This document shows, in pieces, positions 22,803 to 33,800 of a DNA stretch of 39,928 nucleotides (the stretch's first letter is position 1; every line of letters begins with the position of its first letter). The stretch covers positions 1 to 39,928 of the forward strand of contig QPMI01000369.1 of the NCBI GenBank assembly GCA_004431415.1. Direction: 5' to 3'. The translations under genes were made by a program, and so were the position numbers. This DNA is from Cyanophora paradoxa CCMP329 (taxonomy: Eukaryota; Plantae; Glaucophyta). A model generated the notes under the pieces. It made no database searches, had not been told where the DNA came from, and saw nothing but the letters and a program-made list of their open reading frames with translations.

Positions 22803-25800
22803 CTAGCCAGAGTGTCCGCGGGGAGGCGCATTACTCTCCTTAGGGGGCCACGCAGGGCCCGGCCGGCCAGCTTGCTGGTGGGCTGGGCCCGCGGCCGCGG
22901 CGGCCGCAGTGTACATTCCCACACTTGTAGCCCGGACCTGCGTTTTGAGTACGTGTCCAAATGCGGCGAGCGTACATGTACATGAACAGCTTGAGCTTAA
23001 GATGCATATAATCTTTCCAGCCTATGTACTTTTCGCATTCACATGACAACACATCCTGCCTCGTTCTCAAGGCTAGTGTCGCTTGGCACCCCAGAACTTA
23101 CAGTTTGAGGCGGAGCAGCGGCGAGATTGCCAGGGGCCCTCCTCTGCACAAACAAGAGTAAATAAGAGTGCAGGCTGAAGTGAAACTGAAAAAAACACAC
23201 CACCACCTCGCTGATCTCGACTTCATCATCTTCATCGCTTATCTCAATGATCTCCTTGTTGGGAACCTTGGAGGAAGGCTGGCTCACTAGCTTCGAGGGC
23301 TGCTGAGGCTGCTGAGCTGATTGCTTCTGCTTTGCCTGAGGCCTATTATCCTTGCCAGGCTCATGGACTCTAGATGCTGGAGAAGGATACTTTGCCAATG
23401 CCTCATCGATTGCTTTCTGTAGTGCAGCAAGCTGAACTGGCCGGAGGTTTGCCTGCAGAATCTTCAGTGTTGCTTCTTTCCCCTGCAATAATACAGATTG
23501 CCGTTAATTGTGATAAACTGAGGCGATGAAGTAAATGCTTACGATCACAACCGCTATCTGTGCGACGAGTTCTGTTGCAGCTGTCCGTACTTGTGTTTGT
23601 GGGTGATTGAAAAGTTTCCCGCAGTACTCCAGAATGCTGAGATGAATTCCTGTACATTGAATGATGAGATGAAAGTGATTGCAAACAGCCAACCACTGCC
23701 TGGTACCTTCCTTTGGACTTTCAGAGCTGGCACCCTCCGAAACAATCTGCTTCAGTGTGTCGACCTGGAAGCACATCAGTTCAAACGGTCAGATGGGAAG
23801 GGCAAGATGGCATGACCTGTCCAATGCACATCCGACTTGACCCAGCTCCTGTTTGCCCATCCAGCATGATTTTGACCACATAATTCTGACCGACATTCTT
23901 TGCTCGACTGAGGGCCGCAAGAGCCTGCAATAAAAAGGCATGTGAGAACCATCCTGCCAATGAGAGCCCTTACTGACCCATATTGATGCTTCTCTCAGTC
24001 GAGCATTGGTATCACCAACATGGTCTGTTATGCTTGGGTTCATTTCGACAGCACCAAGCCACATGTGGAGAGCCTTGCTGTCCCAGGAAGAGAGTTGCTC
24101 TGCACTCAGTTGCAGGGCCCTCAGGGATGCAAAGTAAACCTGTGAGGAACAGTCTTTCAGACAGAATGCACAAGATGGAAAGTAACGCTAACCCTAACCC
24201 TAACCTGAGGGTTCTTGTCTGAAAGCCCAATCCTCAAAAGAGCTGCTGTAGCGACACAAGACCGCGAGAAACCTTTGGTTACGAGTTGCATGGAGGAACT
24301 TCTGTGGACATCGGAGGAGCGGTCATCATGCCCCCCTTTTCGTGCTCTTGTCCCTCCAGCTGGACTCTGAAGAGTAACACTTCCAGTGCGAAGAAGGCCC
24401 GTTGCAGTTTGAAGGGCTTTCTCTCTGGTCGCCCATGATCCTGCAGTGATGCCTTCTGCAACCTGAGGGTTGCTGTAAGAGGTTGGAGTTGCCACATCAT
24501 TGCAGACAAAATCATACCTCCACGCCGAAAACCTCGGATATGATGGATATCTCGTCTGCATGCTCACCACCTGTCTTTCGAGGAGACGAGCTGGTTTGAT
24601 TTGAAGTCTGCTCTTGAAGGCTGAGCTGCTCAAGGGCTGATGCTTGCATCGGACGAATCGGCCTGTCTTCTGGTACTGTTACAGAACTTGCTGCATGCAG
24701 GGCTGGGGCTGCTAGAGGCTCAAGAGGTGGGTCGGGTTCACGGCGCTGTCCAGCACTCATTGGTGTTGGAACATGAAGACCTACTGGGGGCTGAGCTGGT
24801 GCACGGATGGGGCTGTCAACGGGGTCAAACTCTCTGCAAAATCAATTAGGAATCATGTCCCTGCGAAACTACTCAAGAGTGGGACAATGCACTCACGCAT
24901 CACTTATGCGGTCGGCCAGATGTGCAAGCCTGTCCCCAATGAGCTTTGCTGTGTGGTAGTCCTCCACCCTGAGGGCAGCGTGAAGTTCTCTAAGCAAATG
25001 GTCGACCTCATCTTCAATGGCATGAAGCATTTCTTGCTTCCCCTTCAACTGGCTTGCAGCTCCAAAGTCTTCATTGCTTACTGCAGCAACCTTTGCACGC
25101 TCCAATGCAGTCATGCGATCGGCAATCAACACCTTGTGAAATGTGTAAGATGCCTGCAAACGTGATTGATAGCATATACAAACCTTGATCTTGTGCGAGG
25201 CAGGATTCTGCACATGGCCAGCATCGGACGTGGAACCGGGCTGACGACCATTCGAAACACCAGCCTCTCGGCTTTTCAGGAGGGCACCTTGCATGACACG
25301 ATCGACTTCTGACTTGCACTTGCTGGCTTCCTCAAAGTTCTCCTCGTTCAGCGCTGCCAGCTTGCGCTCCTCCAACGTCTGAATCATTTGGGACGTCATC
25401 GTTAGAAAGAATGAAGGCAGAAAAATTGAACACGGATGGCACCTGTACAGCTGCAAGTGCTGCTGCAAACCAGTCAACAATGATTCGAAGACGGGCTGCC
25501 TCCGTATAATCCTCTGCATCAGTAGCTGCAATCTTCAAGTCAACAACTTTGTCGCGCTGCTGCATTAACTGCATAATGCTATCTGTTGCGGCGAATTGAG
25601 GCGTCGAAAAATCTGCTCCTGCCTCCCGAGTTGAAATTACATCATGCTGCAAGCTTGCAGACAAGTTGCCCTTGCGCGCGGAGGCAAGTGCTGCATCCTG
25701 GGCCAAGACACTTTGTAGAATGCCCATTTCCGCCAACACTGCGTCGGCTTCCGATTCGAACTCTGTGTCCCTGGCCTTTGTCCTCGACTTCGAGCCGTGA

Positions 25801-26357
25801 GACATGACAGGCGAGCCAACAGCATGGAGAGATTGAAGCCCAACTGCCGAGCCGAAATATGTCAAAGATACACGAGAGTGAGAATGAAAAAGAGAATATT
25901 AGATACTTTGTTCGCAGGGATTCAAGGCATCTTGAAAAGCGCCAGCGAAGACAAATTTGATGTACGACACGTCCAGAGGAGCCGGAAGGGACAGGCGTCC
26001 AGTGTTGTTCGACGAGGCGGTGAACTGAATAGAGCCCACGAGAGCGAACGTGGCCCCCGCCCACCCCGCAACTTCGCGCTGTGCATCCCCGATGAAGATG
26101 TCTATTACTGTTGGTGCTCGATGATCGGCGGCGACAAGCTGGATCTCCCGGACATTGGCTCGTGGTCTGAGCTCAATTACAAGCTCCACAGGAAACGGAG
26201 GAAACCTGTGCATGACTCAACGCCGTGTGTCACCCAGCACCACCCATAGCGCTGACCTTTGGCTGCACCACCCAGCGCGCCCCGTAGTGAGCTGAGAGGC
26301 GGGTGCATCTCGATCCTCGCTAGAAACGTGTACGACAATGAACGGGTGAGGGGCCAT
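22803..26357 (-). CDS. CEP104: CEP104/FAP256-like centrosomal/ciliary-tip protein (jelly-roll domain + UvrB/C-like coiled-coil motifs + TOG), multi-exon
   Basis: MAPHPFIVVHVSSEDRDAPASQL..GWCSQRFPPFPVELVIEL..VREIQL..IDIFIG..YIKFVF..N..Q.VGLQSL follows the CEP104 N-terminal domain. Repeated K..A...EDY/F..A motifs; TOG-like segments (SWATREKAL, DTNARLRE, HPQTQVRTAA). Putative stop 22803-22805. Confidence 0.75.
24188..24205 (-). repeat. short telomere-like (TTAGGG) tract at an intron donor
   Basis: + strand ctaaccctaaccctaacc; the minus strand reads CAG|GTTAGGGTTAGGGTTAGCG. Confidence 0.6.
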
Positions 26358-26648
26358 AGAGCTGCGACGATGCACTTTAGCTACGCGTCGCCCTGCGAGC
26401 CGCCAACGGTAAAAAAGGGACTCACATATGATGGTTTCCTCAAAACAAGCGCCAGCCGCGCGCGCCCAAAAACTTAGCTACGCGTCCACCGAGCAGTTGC
26501 TTTCATCATGCACGCTGCTAAACGCACGCTGAAGCCTAGGCAGCTATAGATTGTATTATAAATGGCACGTACAGCGCACACTGCGAGATGGCGCCCGGCG
26601 GGGGGGGAAGAGGCCTGACCCGGGTACGCTCGGAAAGGAGAGATTTTG
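26358..26648. promoter_or_regulatory. compact bidirectional promoter region between CEP104-like and ChlD
   Basis: Divergent ATGs ~290 bp apart; direct repeat TTAGCTACGCGTC at 26377-26389 and 26474-26486; TATTATAAAT near 26555. Confidence 0.5.
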
Positions 26649-29600
26649 ATGGAGCACGCGGCCGCCTTCACGGCGGGACCCCCGCCGCAGCTCGGCGGGC
26701 AGCGTGGACAGCGTGTAGCGGCGCGCATCGCTCCGGCCCAGCCGGAGATCCGCAGCTCGGCGCCCGCCGACCCGGCCTCGCGGCAGCACGTCGGCTTCCG
26801 CCGGACGAATGCGCTCGATGCGAAGTTCCTGGCACGTAGCCAGCCGCGGCCGCTCTTCCAGGCGCACCGCGCTCAGCTCCCGAATCACAACATGGGCTTC
26901 GCCGTCGCCCAGGCTGTGAGCGCGCCGAAGGCGCCCTCTCCGCCTCCCCAGAACCCGGCATCGGACCCTCTTAGCAGCCGCAATCAGCGAAGCATCTATC
27001 CCCTGTCCGCCGTTGTCGGCCAGGATTCTATCAAGCTCGGTGCGCGCTCGCGCGCGTCCAGCTGCACGTCCTGGCTGCCGCTGCCGCTGACGTGCATCCG
27101 CTCGTTCCGTCCGCTATCGCAGCGCTCATTCTTGCGGCGATCGATCCGGCGCTGGGCGGCGTCGTTATCGCGGGCAAGCGCGGCACGGCGAAGTCGGTGA
27201 TGGCGAGGGCGATCCACTCGGTGCTGCCGCCCATCGAGGTGGTGAAGGACACCACGTGCAACTGCGACCCGCGTGCCCCGGGCGACTGGGACACCTTCAC
27301 CCTCCGCCAGTACTTCCCCGACGGCTTCCCGGACGCCCCCAAGCCCGCCGCTGCCGCCGCCGCCGCCCCCGCCACCCCGTCTGCCTCCACGAGCGCCGCG
27401 CCGGCCAAGCCGGCCGACCTCTCCGCCGACCTCCGCGAGCAGTTCATCTCCGTCTGGGTCCGCCCGCCCCGCGCCCATCGCCCCGCTCCACGCCGAGCGC
27501 TCACGCGGCGCACGCGGCGCAGAACTCGACGGAGAGCGCGCCACAGGTGGCCGCAGAGGATGCCACCGGCGCCGGCGACGCGGCGGATGCGGCCCCAGCG
27601 AGCACCCTTAGCGGCGTGGAGGTCCCGACGGCGGTCATCCCGGCGCCCTTCGCGATGGTACCGCTGGGCGTGACGGAGGACCGCCTGCTCGGCTCGGTCG
27701 ACGTCGAGCAGTCCATCCGCAAAGGTGCACCCGCCCCCTCTGCCTCCCCAGCTCCGCCAACGCCGACTCGGGCCGGCAGGCGAGACCGTCTTCCTCCCCG
27801 GCCTGCTCGCCGAGTGCAATCGGGTGCGCGAGCGGCGTTGCGCCGCGGGGCGGGGCGGGGCGGGGCGGCTGAGGGCAGGGCAGGGGGTGCTGTACGTGGA
27901 CGACATCAACCTGCTCGACGAGAGCCTCTCCAACCTCCTCCTCGCCGCCATGTCCGCCCCGCCCCGCCCCGCCCCGACCCGCCTGCGCCCCGCCCCGGCC
28001 GACGCGGGGCGGGGCAGCTCGGAGGGGCGGAACCTGGTGGAGCGCGAGGGCGTCTCGTTCCAGCACCCGTGCCGGCCGGTGCTGATCGCGACGTTCAACC
28101 CGGAGAGCGGGCCGCTGCGGCCGCACCTCATGGACCGCTTCGCCATCGCGCTCTCGGCGGACGGCCTGATGTCGATCGAGGACCGCATCGACATCGTCCA
28201 GCGCGTCACCCACTTCACCGACAATTCCGCTGGTTTCGTCGCCGAGGTGCCCCCCCTCCCCTCCCGAGGGGGCCGCGGGCGGGGCGGGGGCGGGGGCGGG
28301 GGCCGAGGTGCGGGGCGGGGCGCAGTACGAGCAGGAGGTGGAGGACCTGCGGACGACGATTGTCATCGCGCGCGAGTTCCTCAAGGAGGTCACCATCTCC
28401 AGCAAGCAGATCGAGTACCTCACCACCGAGGCGGCCCGCGCCGGCTGCGAGGGCCACCGCGGCGAGGTCCCCGCGCATCCGCCTCGCCTCCCGCCCGCGC
28501 CGCCGGGGCCCGAGCCTGGGGCGCAGATCTTTGCGGTGCGCGTGGCGAAGGCGCACGCCGCGCTCGGCGGCCGCGACCGCTGCAACGCCGACGACCTCGC
28601 CGTCCGCCCCGCCCCGCCCCGCACCGCCCCGCCCCGCCCCCTGCCGCCCACGCCGGCGCGGCGGGGCGCAGGTCGCCGTGAAGCTCGTCATCCTGCCCCG
28701 CGCCACAGTCGTGGACGCACAGCCCCCGCCGCCTCCTCCCCCTCCCCCGCCGCCGCCGCCGCCGCAGGTGCGGGGGCCCCTTCTCGCCCTCTCCCCCGCC
28801 CCCCGGGCGTGGCCGACGCGGGGCGGGGCGCCGGGCAGGCGTCGGAGCAGGCGGAGGACGAGAAGAACGAGGACGAGAACGAGCAGGAGGACGACGACAG
28901 TGCGCCGGGCCCGCTTGCCGCGCCGGCCGCGGGGCGCGCCGCCGAGGCGGGGGCGGGGGCGCAGAGGAGGAGGAGGACGAGGAGGAGCAGGAGCAGCAGG
29001 CGTCGCCGGAGGTGCCGGAGGAGTTCATCTTCGACCCGGAGGGCGTCGTGATGGACAACGAGATGCTCGCCTTCGCCCAGGCCTCCCGCGGCCGCAACTC
29101 CGCCAAGTCCGGCAAGCAGGGCATCATCTTCTCCATGGACCGCGGCCGGCCCGCCCCGCCCCGCCCCGCCCCGCCCCGCCCCGCCCTGGGCCCCGCGCGA
29201 CCCGCCCCCGCAGGTACATCAAGCCGGTGCTGCCGCGCGGCAAGTTCGGGCGCATCGCGATCGACGCGACGCTGCGGGCGGCGGCGCCGTTCCAAAAAGC
29301 GCGGCGGCTGCGGAACCCGGGGCGCAAGGTGGTGATTGACAACATCGACGTGCGGCACAAGAAGCTGGCGCGGCGGGCCGGCGCGCTGGTCATCTTCGTG
29401 GTGGACGCCTCGGGCTCGATGGCCCTCAACCGCATGCAGGCCGCCAAGGGCGCCGCCCTCCGCCTCCTCACCGACGCCTACCAGTCCCGCGACCAGGTCG
29501 CCATCGTCGTCGTCCAGAAGGCCCGCCCCCGCCCCCGCCTCCGCCCCCGCCCCGCCGCCGCCTGACGGGGGCGGGGCAGGACGCTGCGGAGCTGCTGCTG

Positions 29601-30489
29601 CCGCCCACGCGGTCGATCACCTCGGCGCGGCGCCGGCTGGAGCGCCTCCCCTGCGGCGGCGGCTCGCCCCTCGCCCACGGCCTCTCCGTCGCCGCCCGCT
29701 GCGGCATCAACGCCATGTCCACCTCCGGTCCGCCCGCCCGCCGCCCGCCCCGCGCCCCGCGCCCGCGCCGCCCGGGGCCGCCTCTGATGGCGCTGGGCGG
29801 GATCAGACGTGGGGCGGGTGGCGATCGTGTGCATCACGGACGGGCGGGCGAACGTCTCGCTGGCGACCTCCACGGGGCCCCCACCGGCGACGACCCCGAG
29901 GCGGCGGCGGCGGCGGCGGCCGAGGCGGCGGCCGCGGCGGCGGCCGGCGGCGCCAAGGGCGGGGCGGGGAAGAAGGCGAGCGCGGCGGACAAGGCGGCGC
30001 TGAAGGAGGAGGTGCTCAACATGGCGGCCAAGATCCGCGCCGCCAACATCGGCTTCCTCTGCATCGACACCGAGAACAAGGCCCGCCCCGCCCCGCCCCG
30101 CCCCCTCTGCTTTCCCCTGTTTTCTTTCTGTCTCTCCTCTCCCCCTCGCGCCTGCTCTACCCCGCGGCGAGCCCGGCCCTGAGCCTGCGGACTTACACGG
30201 GCGCGAGAGCGCACCGGGGCGACTCAAGCGGCGGGCCCTTCTCCCGTGGGCCCCCCGCGATCTCCGCTCCCACATCCCTCCCCCGCTTTCCCCGCTTCCC
30301 CGCCTCGCCCCGCCCCGTGCTCGCCTCTCTCGCCGGGGCGGCTGACGCCGGGCGCAGTGGATCTCGACGGGGCTGGCGAAGGAGATCGCGAAGAAGGCGG
30401 GGGGGCGGTACTACCAGCTGCCGAACGCGACGGACAAGGCGATCGCCGGCATCGCCTCCTCCGCCATTGCCGACATGAAGTCCCTGTGA
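26649..30489 (+). CDS. CHLD: magnesium chelatase subunit D, plastid-targeted, 14 introns
   Basis: [62 protein letters not shown], poly-Pro and acidic linker, v[44 protein letters not shown]. Transit peptide MEHAAAF; stop TGA 30487-30489. Confidence 0.97.
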
Positions 30490-30591
30490 CCGCCCCAAGC
30501 CAGCCGCCCCGCCCCGCCCTGCCTCTCCCCAGCCCCCCGAGCCCCTCCTCTAGATCTACGTCCTTCCCTCGCTAGTCGCATTGGTATTCGA

Positions 30592-30657
30592 ATTCGAATT
30601 CACGCTCTTTTCTTCTACGAGCCAAGACCGATATTCGAATTCACGCTCTTTTCTTCT
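30592..30657. repeat. 25-nt direct repeat in the ChlD 3' region
   Basis: ATTCGAATTCACGCTCTTTTCTTCT at 30592-30616 and 30633-30657. Confidence 0.8.
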
Positions 30658-30891
30658 CCCAGCAACTCCGAGGCTCGCCGCACGGGGCGTGCGGGTCGGG
30701 GCACGGGCGCCGGCGGACGTCCGACGAGGCTAGCGCACTAGCTATAGGTCACATGCATGCATGCCGCAGTGCACGTGCAGCGTGGCCGAACCTAGGCCTA
30801 GCCGGCATTCCTGGCGGCTTGGTGGCTTGATGACGAGGGGTACACCGGTACAAGTGCCAAGTCGCCGCCGACTGAGCAGCGAAGGACCGGG

Positions 30892-33800
30892 ATGTATGCC
30901 CGGTTCGATCCGTCCGGTCGGACGGAGGCGGCAACGGGCACGATGTACGGCAGCGGCCAGCAGTGGGGTCAGTTCGGCAGCGGGCAGTGGGGCTCGAACA
31001 GCAATGCCGAGCCCGTCACCACGCCGCTCTACACGGCGTCGTATTCGCAAAGCTATGTAGCGGCGGCTGGCCCGTCTACCGCGTCGCCCACTCCTGCTCG
31101 GCCGTCCGCCGCGCGCTCGCCGGAAATCTCTCGCAAGTCAGCTGGCAGCGTCGGCTTTTTCGATCTCAAGTCGCGCAGTAACGAGAACGACGGCGCTGAG
31201 GACTACAGCCGCCTGCGCAAGTGCACAGTCTGCGCTCGAACTTGCTCGGAACTTGTCTAACACTCAGCTGCACAGGTTGATCGACAAGCGGTGAGCTGCA
31301 CAGGTTGATCGACAACGCTATGTTCGATATGCATAGGCCGTGACAAGCGGCGCCGGCCGTGATGTCGTTCGCTCCATCGCAATCGCTGAGCGGCTGCCGC
31401 CTCGCTTTGCCGTCGCGCAGCTTCGCGCCATACAAGTTGAACGTGCGGCGGGCGGAAGTCTTCTTGCGGGTGTTTTTTCGCTTTTTTTGCTTTGCTGCAG
31501 AGCCCTTGGCGAAGGCTGACAGCGAGCTCAGGTCCAGAAGAAGCAGCTGCAGGCGATGCAGCTCTACCGGGAGCTCGTCATCTACGCGGCCTACATCACG
31601 CTCTTCTTCTGGCTCGCGATGACCATCCTGCCGCTTCACATCTCGAACGACCAGGACGACTCGCTCGTCGGCGCCGGCGCCTACTTCAACGTGCCCCGCA
31701 TCGGCGCGACGCCTCCGGAGGACAGCCCCTGGGACTCCGTCAACAACGCCGACGTCCGCCCCCGCCCGCCCCCCCGCCCGCCGTCCCCGCCCGCCCAACG
31801 GGGCGGCGCAGGACGTGTGGGGCTATCTGAAGAAGTTCGTGGCGGGCCCCCTGACGGGGCCCGGCGAGGGCCCCGCCCAGTTCCGCTGGTTCCGCCAGCA
31901 GATTGGCGCCCTCCGCGTCCGTCAGGTGCGCCCCGCGCCGCCCCGCGCAGGCCGGCGGGGTGGCCGGCGAGGGGGCGGGGCAGGTACGGGGCAACGGGGG
32001 CCGCTGCGAGGCGCACGGGCGGGAGTACAGCTGCTTCGGCGGCTTCACCGACGCCGGGGAGGAGCGGGCGCCCTTCGGCCCCGGCGGCCGCTTCCAGTGG
32101 CAGGGCGGCCTCACCGAGGTCCGGCCCTCCCCCAAGGTCCGTCCCCGCCCCGCCTCGCGCCCGCCCCGCCACCGCGGGCGGGGCCGACGGGGCGGGGCAG
32201 TTCATGCGGGACGACTCGTACGCCTTCAGCTACGGCACCGGGGGGTACGTCGTCGACATCAGCGCCGCCGGGGGGCCGGAGGCCGTGGTGGCGGCCCTCT
32301 CGCAGCTCCAGGCCGACAAGTTCATCGTCCGCCCGCCCCGCCCGTCCCGCCTCCGCGTGGGGCCTGAGGGCGGCGGGGCGGGCGGGGGGCAGGACGAGGC
32401 GACGCGGGTGCTGGTGGTGTCGGTGAACCTGTACAACCCGCACACCGACTCCTACATCGTCGCCGAGCTCATGGCCGAGAGTGCGCGCCGCCCAACCCCC
32501 GGCCCCCGCGAGGGCGGCCCCGCCGGCGGCCCCCGACGCCCCACCCGACGCGCCGCCGCAGTGCCGCCGACGGGGAAGCTGCTCACGAGCGTCCGCGTTG
32601 AGACCCTCAACATCCAAGCCGTGCGCCCCGCCGCGCTCTTCCCCGCCCGCCGCGCACTCCCCTCCGACGCGCGGGCGCGGGCAGTTCGACTCGGCGGTGG
32701 TGTCGGTGCTGGGGGTGGTCTTCGTGGTGTTCACGCTGGGGTACGTGCTGCACGAGTTCAAGCAGGCGCGGGACCGGGGCCTGGTGGGCTACCTCAACGA
32801 CTCGTGGAACTTCTGGGACATCACCAACCTCATCATCATCGCCTGGATGCTCGTCCCCACCCTCCGTCCGCCCCCGCCCCGCCCCGCCCCCAGGCCCCCC
32901 GCCTTAGCCGGGGCCGGCAGGCTACCGCTCCTTCTGCATGTCGATGCTGGCGGCGCTCGAGCGCCCCGGGGCCCCCTCCGTCCGCCCCGCCCCCCGCCCG
33001 CCGGCGCCGAGGCCTGCGCGGGGGCGAGCTGGGTGGGGGCAGGAGTACCTGGCGCTGGACGGGGGCACGCGGATGCTGCGGGACGTGAAGCAGCTCGCCG
33101 CCTTCGCCATCCTCCTCTGCTGCGTCCGCATCTTCAAGGCCCGTCCCCGCCCGTCGCCCCGCCCCCCGACCCCGGCGCTCACGGAGCCGGGGCGGCAGTT
33201 CTTCGAGCTGAACCCGCGGCTGTCGGTGCTGACGAACACGGTGGGGCGGGCCGTCCCCGATCTCGCCGCCTACCTCGTCATCTTCGTCATCATCTTCGCG
33301 TCCGCTCCCCGCCGCAGCCCGCCCGCACCCGGCCCCTCACGCCGCCGCCGCCGCCCGCGCGCGCAGGGGGTACGCCTTCTTCGCGTGGATCGTGTTCGGG
33401 TACCGGATCGAGGCGTTCCGCTCGTTCTACTCGTCGTTCGCGCGGCTCTTCGGGAACCTCGGGGGCGGCCTCGACATCGGCGAGCTCACGGACGCCGCGC
33501 CCCGCGCCGGCGTCTTCTTCTACTTCTCCTTCATCGTCCTCGTCTCCCTCATCCTCATCGTCCGCGCCCCCGCCCCGCGCGCCGGCGGGTGCGCGGGGCG
33601 GCTGAGCGGGGGGCGGGCAGAACATCTTCATCGCGATCGTGGGGAAGTACTACACGGAGGCGGGTGCGGAGGCGATCCGGAGCGAGGAGGAGTTCGCGAA
33701 GGAGCTGAGCGAGGAGGACCGGACGTCGCCCTACCACAAGCTGCGCCACCTCCGCGTCACCGTCCTCCTCGAGAACGAGGGCGACGAGCCCGACCGCGAC

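Noticed and set aside
22950-25900. Low-GC island as a transposon or viral insertion
   Set aside because: It encodes an intron-containing CEP104-like host gene. I see no TIRs, LTRs, TSDs or transposase/RT motifs, and the edges are gradual.
2818-30489. Bacterial operon or recent HGT for rsmH, cobA and chlD
   Set aside because: All have many spliceosomal introns and transit-peptide-like leaders, so they are ordinary nuclear-encoded organellar genes.
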